Shown here one piece after another: positions 58,165-64,000 of a stretch of 64,000 bases of DNA. This stretch comes from Escherichia phage 241Ecol014PP. The DNA is taken from the sequence record OR062943.1, one strand, 5' to 3'. The position numbers were made by a program, and so were the translations under genes. The notes below the pieces were generated by a model. It was not told the origin of the DNA and did no database searches. It worked only from the letters and a program-made list of their open reading frames with translations. Numbering within the stretch: the first letter of the stretch is position 1; the number at the start of each line of letters is the position of its first letter.

Positions 58165-59390
58165 TGAGCGTTATTCAACAATTCGCTAACCCGATGAATC
58201 CGCGTGAAACTGTTTTACTGGCTCACGGCATGATTAAACGCGTCAGCATCAAGCCTATCAAAGGTGCTGATCCTACAACAGGTATTAAAACCACTGTGTG
58301 GCAAGGTAAGAAAATTGAGTCCAGCCACACCATCTCTTTACTGATTTCTGAACTGGATTCCTCTGATAACCTGCTTCAAGGTGGTGAAGAAGTCTGGATC
58401 AGCATGGGTGATAAACTGCTTAAACCGGGTCATCAAGACTCTGTCTCTGTTAAAATTGATGACAAGTGGGAAACCGTAACACCGGGATGGATCGTAAATA
58501 TTCCTTTGAAGGCAAACGAGCATAACGGTAAGACCTATTACAAAGGCTCACTGGCTAAGATGGTCAAGCTGGGTGCAGGAGAGGCTCCAGCAGCGACTCA
58601 GCAGCAAAAACAGCAACAAGGTGCACAATCACAAGGCCAGAAGCAGAAACCTCAGCAGAATGCCAATCAGGACGTTTTACGCATCTACGGTGATGTGACT
58701 CAGATTGTTGGCAACGTGGTTACTGTTAATGACCACAAGATTGGCGAAGGTGCTATGGTTGTCACTGATGAGCAGCTTAAAGACCTGGTGGTGGGTGGTC
58801 GTGTTGCCGCCATTGTTGACAAAGACACCGGAAACATTATCAGTGGTTTCAAAGCCTATCCACCTAAGGCAGAGAACGGCACTCAAGGCTCTGGTGGCAA
58901 GCGTAAATCATCTTACGACCCTATCGGTGTGGAAACGGGGCATAGCATCAATGCGTTGCAGATCATCCTGGATCGCGGGTTTAAGGTAGACGACCCACTG
59001 GGCGTGGCTAAAACACTGCACGTAGTCACCATTGAGCTTAAGAAAGAGTATGCTCAAGCCACCAACCGAACTGAAGATGAAGTAGGTGCCAGTGTCGGTA
59101 ATGCGGTGTTGAACGCTTGTCGCCGTATTGACAAGAAAACGAAAGTTGATGATTTTGCAGCGGCAATTACTGCAGAAGCAAAAGATGTCTTGACTAATCT
59201 GGCTGAACCGTTGTACGATTGGATCAAGAACGGTGCTGGGTCAACCGACCATCAAGAACCTCAGGCTGCCAAACAGGAAGCAGCTCCACAGCAAAACACT
59301 GTAGACGCTCCTCCTGTAAATGATGAGGGAGATGACCCGATGGATCAGAATCCAGCACAGTATGAGTTCGATGACTCGATCCCTTTCTGA
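58164..59390 (+). CDS. protein with SSB-like Gln/Gly-rich linker and acidic C-terminal tip (...EFDDSIPF); possible single-stranded DNA-binding protein or SSB-tail mimic
   Basis: 408 aa; RBS AAGGAG; C-terminus DDPMDQNPAQYEFDDSIPF parallels E. coli SSB ...DFDDDIPF; poly-Q linker; N-terminal OB fold not recognisable by eye. Confidence 0.5.
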   Translation: MSVIQQFANPMNPRETVLLAHGMIKRVSIKPIKGADPTTGIKTTVWQGKKIESSHTISLLISELDSSDNLLQGGEEVWISMGDKLLKPGHQDSVSVKIDDKWETVTPGWIVNIPLKANEHNGKTYYKGSLAKMVKLGAGEAPAATQQQKQQQGAQSQGQKQKPQQNANQDVLRIYGDVTQIVGNVVTVNDHKIGEGAMVVTDEQLKDLVVGGRVAAIVDKDTGNIISGFKAYPPKAENGTQGSGGKRKSSYDPIGVETGHSINALQIILDRGFKVDDPLGVAKTLHVVTIELKKEYAQATNRTEDEVGASVGNAVLNACRRIDKKTKVDDFAAAITAEAKDVLTNLAEPLYDWIKNGAGSTDHQEPQAAKQEAAPQQNTVDAPPVNDEGDDPMDQNPAQYEFDDSIPF

Positions 59391-59398
59391 GGTCAGTT

Positions 59399-59977
59399 AT
59401 GAAATGCAAACGTTGTGGAGAGGACAAGGAGGCCTCCGACTTCTACACCAGTAACAAATCAACGTGCAAAGAGTGTTGCAAGAAGGCCAGCAGGGAGGCT
59501 GACCAATTTGCTAAAGACTCTTCAGAAAAAGGTGTAATACGCGTGCTGTACAAGTCTCAAAAGTGCAACAGCAAGCAAAGAGGTCACCCTCCTCCGACTT
59601 ACACCAAAAAAGAGTTTAAGGAGTGGCTATACCTGAACGGTTACAAAGAGTTGTATGATCAGTGGGTAGCCAGCGGATACGACAAAAGGAAAAAGCCTTC
59701 TTGTGACAGGATAGATGATTTCAAAGGGTACTCTTTTGATAATATCCGTTTAACGACTTGGGGAGAAAATAAAGACAAGCAGACAGAAGATATTCTGTTA
59801 CATAGAAGCACCAGCGGTAGACGGTGCAAAAATGTAAGGAGGTTGGACATGAATGGTAACGTTCTTAAAGAATGGGTATCCCACAACTCTTGTAGCAGAG
59901 AAACCGGAATATATATTGGTTACTACATTCATGAAAAAATTCCAGCTCCAGATGGATACTTCTATGAATACTTTTAG
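59399..59977 (+). CDS. putative HNH-family endonuclease-like protein with N-terminal zinc finger
   Basis: 192 aa; CKRCGEDK...CKECC; degenerate HNH block SCDRIDDFKGYSFDNIRLTTWGEN. Confidence 0.4.
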   Translation: MKCKRCGEDKEASDFYTSNKSTCKECCKKASREADQFAKDSSEKGVIRVLYKSQKCNSKQRGHPPPTYTKKEFKEWLYLNGYKELYDQWVASGYDKRKKPSCDRIDDFKGYSFDNIRLTTWGENKDKQTEDILLHRSTSGRRCKNVRRLDMNGNVLKEWVSHNSCSRETGIYIGYYIHEKIPAPDGYFYEYF

Positions 59978-59992
59978 CACCTAACTGACATA

Positions 59993-60020
59993 GCCCTGCC
60001 CGAAAGGGTGGGGCATTTTT
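59993..60020 (+). terminator. rho-independent terminator; 22-nt hairpin identical to 47349-47370
   Basis: GCCCTGCCC-gaaa-GGGTGGGGC then ATTTTTGTAT. Confidence 0.7.
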
Positions 60021-60039
60021 GTATAAGGAGATCTGAAAA

Positions 60040-60456
60040 ATGACATTAGAAGATATCATTGTTAAGCCTGAGAACTATGACCAATACAACCTGTCAACTC
60101 AATCTGTAGACCTCGGATGCGCCACAGTCAGTGCATGGCTGGTTAACGGAAAAGAGCTTGACGAGTGCCTGGAAGCACACATGTCGGTGAATAAATTCCT
60201 TGATGAAAATACCCACTGGCTAGAGGGTGCAGGAGTATATGCTTCATGGTTGGAGAGTATGGGATTCAACTACCAATCTGAAGAGGGGTGGTGGAGCTAT
60301 TTAGCTATCTGCCCAGAGACGCTGCAATGCTTCATGAAATATTCTGAAGATTTGGAGTACCGGGCGGTGGTTGATAGTGCTATTGCCCGTTATAGCCGTA
60401 AACCTTTTTCCCACGACATTAAAACTGTGGAAGAATTTGTTGAAGTTTTCTGTTGA
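60040..60456 (+). CDS. hypothetical protein
   Basis: 138 aa; RBS AAGGAGA. Confidence 0.45.
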   Translation: MTLEDIIVKPENYDQYNLSTQSVDLGCATVSAWLVNGKELDECLEAHMSVNKFLDENTHWLEGAGVYASWLESMGFNYQSEEGWWSYLAICPETLQCFMKYSEDLEYRAVVDSAIARYSRKPFSHDIKTVEEFVEVFC

Positions 60457-60481
60457 CACAGGTTGAAAGGTGTGCAATTAT
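60453..60481 (+). promoter_or_regulatory. promoter-like TTGACA with weak -10 (AATTAT)
   Basis: TTGACA 60453-60458 overlapping stop of upstream gene. Confidence 0.35.
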
Positions 60482-60505
60482 AACTTCATAGAACGGGAGG
60501 ACGTG

Positions 60506-60532
60506 ATGAACGAAGAAAACTGGGATGTATAA
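60506..60532 (+). other. 8-codon mini-ORF (MNEENWDV) with its own RBS in the leader of ORF 60553
   Basis: GGGAGG 5 nt upstream of ATG 60506; stop 20 nt before next start. Confidence 0.2.
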
Positions 60533-60552
60533 CTAACAGGAGGCCACTGCCC

Positions 60553-60750
60553 ATGATTTATCGAATCCGTGTAAGAGAAGATGCACCAGGCTGTTACTTT
60601 GACTGGCGTGGGTGGTGGTTTCTCCACCCGATGGATGGACTCACAGATAGAATGCTGGATGCTGCCCTTTATACAGATACCGATATAGAATATAATCTCT
60701 ATCTGAAGGACGGTATAGATAACGGCCTATTTGAAGCAATTCCTGTGTAA
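60553..60750 (+). CDS. hypothetical small protein
   Basis: 65 aa; RBS AGGAGG. Confidence 0.4.
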   Translation: MIYRIRVREDAPGCYFDWRGWWFLHPMDGLTDRMLDAALYTDTDIEYNLYLKDGIDNGLFEAIPV

Positions 60751-60818
60751 GAGACTGTGATAGCTATGTTTTATGATCTTCCTGTAGCGCCACCACCTGT
60801 TGAACCCGGAGAACTAAG

Positions 60819-61244
60819 ATGATCTATGAAATGCCAAAACTGATTCGTGACGATGCCCAAAACGCTCACACCATTATTATGGGCAAACGCATGGATATTA
60901 TTTGTCATAAAGATTTCTGGGAAGGAAGTTACTTCACAGAGTATTTTGGTAAACTGGACAATGGTCTGCTGATCCAGTTCTACACCGATGCGGAAAACAA
61001 CATTCCCTGGGAGTTCGAAACTGAAGATGTCAATAAACTTTTCACCTTCCTCGGTATTAAGGTTAAGGCCAAGTTTGAAGAAGGTGAGTGCGACGATTGT
61101 GGATTTTATGAGGTAACAGATTTCTACCTTCCTAGCGGTAAGAACCTTTACTATGAAAGCCACTTCGGTAACTCCAATATGCCACAGTGCTGGACTGAGT
61201 TTTTTGAAATTGCGGAAGAGGAGCTGGCTTACCGTGATTATTGA
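60819..61244 (+). CDS. hypothetical protein translationally coupled to downstream macrodomain gene
   Basis: 141 aa; RBS CCGGAG; 3' end overlaps predicted macrodomain start by 11 nt. Confidence 0.45.
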   Translation: MIYEMPKLIRDDAQNAHTIIMGKRMDIICHKDFWEGSYFTEYFGKLDNGLLIQFYTDAENNIPWEFETEDVNKLFTFLGIKVKAKFEEGECDDCGFYEVTDFYLPSGKNLYYESHFGNSNMPQCWTEFFEIAEEELAYRDY

Positions 61245-61692
61245 TACTGTAGAGGGAGATTTAATCTCCCTTTTTAAGAGCGGTGCTGGTCACCTGATCC
61301 ACGGTTGTAACTGCTTCCACACAATGGGCAAGGGTATAGCAAAACAGATTGCCCGTGAGTTTCCTCAAGCACTGTCAGCCGACAAAGAGACTAGATACGG
61401 TTGCCTAAGTAAACTGGGTGCGTTCTCCCGATGGGAGCACTTATCTCCGATAGGTATTGTCTACGGAATCAATCTATATACCCAGTTCTACCCAGGACCT
61501 AATGCTGAGTATTTCTCAATCCTGAAAGGCTTTGAGCTAGTCAATGAAGTATTCAGCGGATCGACTTTACCATTCTACATCCCTAAGATCGGGTGCGGCA
61601 TAGGCGGTTTGAAGTGGGAACACGTAGAGGACGTTATTAACCTTGCCACTTTCGACATAGATATTGTCGTGGTGGAGTACAAAAAGTGTTGA
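61234..61692 (+). CDS. macrodomain protein (TARG1/OARD1-like, ADP-ribose processing)
   Basis: Start uncertain (GTG 61234 with RBS AAGAGGAG; track start 61153 would overlap upstream gene); GDLISLF...AGHLIHGCNCFHTMGKGIAKQIAREFP resembles TARG1-type macrodomain. Confidence 0.55.
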   Translation: MIIDTVEGDLISLFKSGAGHLIHGCNCFHTMGKGIAKQIAREFPQALSADKETRYGCLSKLGAFSRWEHLSPIGIVYGINLYTQFYPGPNAEYFSILKGFELVNEVFSGSTLPFYIPKIGCGIGGLKWEHVEDVINLATFDIDIVVVEYKKC

Positions 61693-61717
61693 CGACCATC
61701 TTCTGAGGTGATATAGT
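61689..61717 (+). promoter_or_regulatory. sigma70-like promoter TTGACG-N17-TATAGT
   Basis: TTGACG 61689-61694, spacer 17, TATAGT 61712-61717. Confidence 0.55.
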
Positions 61718-61746
61718 TTCCACGACAACTAAGAGAGGAGAGCACT

Positions 61747-61917
61747 GTGGAGACTAAAATCTTAATTCTTGCTGTGGTAGATACAACCGAAGGAGCTATA
61801 TTCGAATCTGCAGGAGGGTATTTCTACCTACCATACGGAAAAAGAACTTCCGAGCCAAGTAAAGATTCAATCCTCAAAGTGTTCCCGTGTGCTTTCTGGC
61901 TGGAGATTTTGGTATAA
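61747..61917 (+). CDS. possible small ORF (56 aa) below ORF-track threshold
   Basis: GTG with RBS AGAGAGGAG; METKILILAVVDTTEGAIFESAGG...; hand-translated. Confidence 0.25.
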   Translation: METKILILAVVDTTEGAIFESAGGYFYLPYGKRTSEPSKDSILKVFPCAFWLEILV

Positions 61918-61943
61918 GATTGCAGAGGATTTGGGAGAGAATT

Positions 61944-62138
61944 ATGAGAAACAAGAAAGAACTTTACTCCGGTGAGTGGATCAACGATCAACAGGTGGGA
62001 GAGGTAACCTGCTTCCGATGTTTTACCAGGTACAATCTTAAAACTGCACCAAAAAGTGTTCCAAAGACTGACGGTTACTACATAAAAGAACCTCATTGCC
62101 CAAAATGTAAATGCCGATTGTACTGGAGCAATCTATAA
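61944..62138 (+). CDS. small zinc-ribbon protein
   Basis: ATG 61944 with RBS GGAGAGA; CFRC ... CPKCKC. Confidence 0.4.
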   Translation: MRNKKELYSGEWINDQQVGEVTCFRCFTRYNLKTAPKSVPKTDGYYIKEPHCPKCKCRLYWSNL

Positions 62139-62142
62139 GAGG

Positions 62143-62170
62143 TTGACATCTGAAAACTGCAGTGTATAGT
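62143..62170 (+). promoter_or_regulatory. sigma70-like promoter TTGACA-N16-TATAGT
   Basis: TTGACA 62143-62148, TATAGT 62165-62170. Confidence 0.55.
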
Positions 62171-62201
62171 ATACGCATAAACTAACAGAGAGCGATGTAT
62201 T

Positions 62202-62393
62202 ATGGTAATTTTTAACCGGGATGGTATCATAGTTAGACAGCACCCGTTCCTTGAATACTATCAAATTGAGCAATGGTGCTACGGGGATTGCAGTCACTCC
62301 TATGGGCAAAGTTGGGGATATCGTACAGTTTTTGAATCAACAGACCTTGACAAAGTAAGACAGAAAGTTTTAGAACTTATTAACAACAAGTGA
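62202..62393 (+). CDS. hypothetical small protein
   Basis: 63 aa. Confidence 0.35.
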   Translation: MVIFNRDGIIVRQHPFLEYYQIEQWCYGDCSHSYGQSWGYRTVFESTDLDKVRQKVLELINNK

Positions 62394-62402
62394 GTATGAT
62401 AT

Positions 62403-62735
62403 ATGGTAACATTAGAAAGACGTAAAGCTATCGCCGCCACACTGGCAGACATCTTTTGGGATTGCAACTTAAAAGATACCCGAAATTGTGGCGCATCTGT
62501 AGATGTATTATTCCCACGGCCCACCATTGTTGCAATGGGAAACCTGTTAAACGTAGTGTACGGAGCATGGGACAAAGAAGGTGGATTCTATGTCTGGCAA
62601 CCTGACTACGGAGCCTGGAAAGAGGTAAGGGGTGCGGATGACTTTGGGCCTACAGTTGCTAAGATGGATGGCTGGCAAATTTATGTTGGAAACGACATGG
62701 AACTGAAAGGCGAAATTGTTTACTGGTTACCTTAA
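62403..62735 (+). CDS. hypothetical protein
   Basis: 110 aa. Confidence 0.4.
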   Translation: MVTLERRKAIAATLADIFWDCNLKDTRNCGASVDVLFPRPTIVAMGNLLNVVYGAWDKEGGFYVWQPDYGAWKEVRGADDFGPTVAKMDGWQIYVGNDMELKGEIVYWLP

Positions 62736-62755
62736 GAAAGTGCAGGAGATAAAGC

Positions 62756-63001
62756 ATGAACAAAGAATGGACATTAGTAGACGGCGTTAAAAACATGCCT
62801 CTCGGAAAGTATATCGTAGCCATGACGGATGAGAATGGCAATGTGGATTTCGGAGCTTGCGAGGTTGTTCTTGCAGGATCTGGTAACTACGTGGACAAAA
62901 CTGGGATAATTAACGGTCAGTTCTACTTTGATCACAACCCTGTTGTAGCGTATATGGCTATGCCAGAGTTCAAGCTACCAAAGGAGTGCGCTAATGTTTA
63001 A
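62756..63001 (+). CDS. small protein, paralog-family member
   Basis: 81 aa; RBS AGGAGA; MPLGKYIVAMTDENGNVDFG. Confidence 0.4.
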   Translation: MNKEWTLVDGVKNMPLGKYIVAMTDENGNVDFGACEVVLAGSGNYVDKTGIINGQFYFDHNPVVAYMAMPEFKLPKECANV

Positions 63002-63191
63002 GCTAAAATCCGCATGGAACATTGCTGTAGGAGATGAGATCCGCATCCCAGGCGGGAAGACCATTATGAAGATATCTCGTATTGAGTACGAAGGTGACCG
63101 TGTATTCCACATCTTTGCAGAAGATGGTCGAGAAATTTATGTGCAGGCAGGCTCTCACATCTATATCCGTAAGAAAGGAGATGACAAATGA
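62994..63191 (+). CDS. small protein, paralog-family member
   Basis: 65 aa; IAVGDEIRIPGGKTIMKISRIEYEGDRVFHIFAEDGREIYV. Confidence 0.4.
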   Translation: MFKLKSAWNIAVGDEIRIPGGKTIMKISRIEYEGDRVFHIFAEDGREIYVQAGSHIYIRKKGDDK

Positions 63192-63514
63192 CAGAGATCA
63201 TCATTTCAACTGCAGGGTATGTATTCCTGACAATCCTTGCGCTGACTATTTTGGTGGTGGTATATGGGATTGTTATTCTCCCTATTCTTGAGACAATTAG
63301 TTTGTGTCGGTGTTGGAGAAAGGCTTACGGTCCACAGCCGTGGAAGGACTGGCCCCACCTGGTGCACATAGCGTTCTCTTATGCCTACGATCACTCTAGC
63401 AGTGCATGCATAACCGGATACCACGCCCACAATTGGAGATGGGAAGGGTTGAGGAAGTGGAATGTTACAAAGACTATACCTCTGCGCATGTACAAAGGAA
63501 AAAGGAGGGATTGA
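63188..63514 (+). CDS. small membrane protein
   Basis: 108 aa; N-terminal hydrophobic helices YVFLTILALTILVVVYGIVILPIL. Confidence 0.4.
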   Translation: MTEIIISTAGYVFLTILALTILVVVYGIVILPILETISLCRCWRKAYGPQPWKDWPHLVHIAFSYAYDHSSSACITGYHAHNWRWEGLRKWNVTKTIPLRMYKGKRRD

Positions 63515-64000
63515 TGGGAATACCTGTTAAAGACAGAAAAATATGTGGTCGTGGAGTAAACGATTTAAAAGACAAAGTCCCAATGTACCAATCTGTTAAT
63601 GGTAAGAGAGTACCAGAACCTCACTATGCTACATGGAAAGCATTATTCCAGAGGTGCTACGGCGATAACTCAAAGTACCATACAGGTTGTGAAGTTGTAG
63701 AAGATTGGTGGTTGTTCTCAGAATTCTGGAAATGGATGGATACACAAGAGTGGAAAAGAAACGCTAAGAAGTTCACTCTTGACAAAGATCTGAAAATCCC
63801 CGGAAACAGAATATACTCCCCAGAAACATGTATGTTTGCTCCACCACAAATAAACACCTTATTTGGCATAAGACAGGCAGCACGAGGGGATTTACCTTTG
63901 GGTGTGACACTTAGAAAAGATGTAAACAAGTACCTCGTGCATTGTCATCAAGATGGAAAAATTGTTCATGGTGGTCATTTCGCTGATCCGCAGATAGCAC
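63514..64000 (+). CDS. 5' part of an HNH/AP2-type endonuclease-like gene, truncated by window end
   Basis: ATG 63514 with RBS AGGAGG; hand-translated frame stays open to 64000; LDKDLKIPGNRIYSPETC (degenerate HNH_3-like) and LPLGVTLRKDVNKYLVHCHQDGKIVHGGHF (AP2-like). Confidence 0.4.
   Translation, partial: MGIPVKDRKICGRGVNDLKDKVPMYQSVNGKRVPEPHYATWKALFQRCYGDNSKYHTGCEVVEDWWLFSEFWKWMDTQEWKRNAKKFTLDKDLKIPGNRIYSPETCMFAPPQINTLFGIRQAARGDLPLGVTLRKDVNKYLVHCHQDGKIVHGGHFADPQIA

Noticed and set aside
1-64000. Prophage or integrative element signatures (integrase, att repeats, tRNA flanks)
   Set aside because: None seen; gene content (rIIA/rIIB, own replication machinery, homing endonucleases) fits a virulent phage. 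Small tRNA genes cannot be fully excluded without a dedicated scan.

Overview
This window reads as an internal segment of a large virulent tailed phage (Caudoviricetes); no integrase, att site, rRNA, tRNA or CRISPR array was seen by eye. All homology calls are motif recognition from the translated ORFs and memory of reference proteins (lambda J/K/M, P2 gpH/J, T4 rIIA/rIIB, T7 DNA polymerase, E. coli SSB); no database search was run. Layout: (1) 1-29,473 (+) late structural module: spike and baseplate-like genes, a tail fibre with a C-terminal S74-type intramolecular chaperone, a lambda-like tip (gpM/gpK/gpJ-like), P2-like baseplate J and gpH/Stf-like side fibres with a Tfa chaperone, and a 1,878-aa adhesin-like protein, cut into transcription units by hairpin terminators followed by promoter-like sites. 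(2) Bidirectional terminator at 29,483-29,518. (3) 29,522-36,422 (-) leftward operon of about 14 mostly small genes, including a HAD-type nucleotidase and a metallopeptidase+VWA protein. (4) Divergent promoter pair at 36,454-36,524. (5) 36,565-54,975 (+) middle/replication module: MoxR-type AAA ATPase, SleB-like hydrolase, rIIA/rIIB, Dda/Pif1-like helicase, C5-methyltransferase-like protein, T7 gp4-like primase-helicase, and a T7-like DNA polymerase interrupted by both an intein and an ORF-less group I intron, followed by a free-standing HNH homing endonuclease. (6) 55,035 to window end (+) early-type small-gene region with near-consensus sigma70 promoters, an expanded family of small paralogous proteins, an SSB-tail protein and a TARG1-like macrodomain module. 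The most notable candidates are the triple-invaded DNA polymerase locus, the macrodomain two-gene module, the protein with an SSB-like C-terminal tip, and the dispersed small-protein family.
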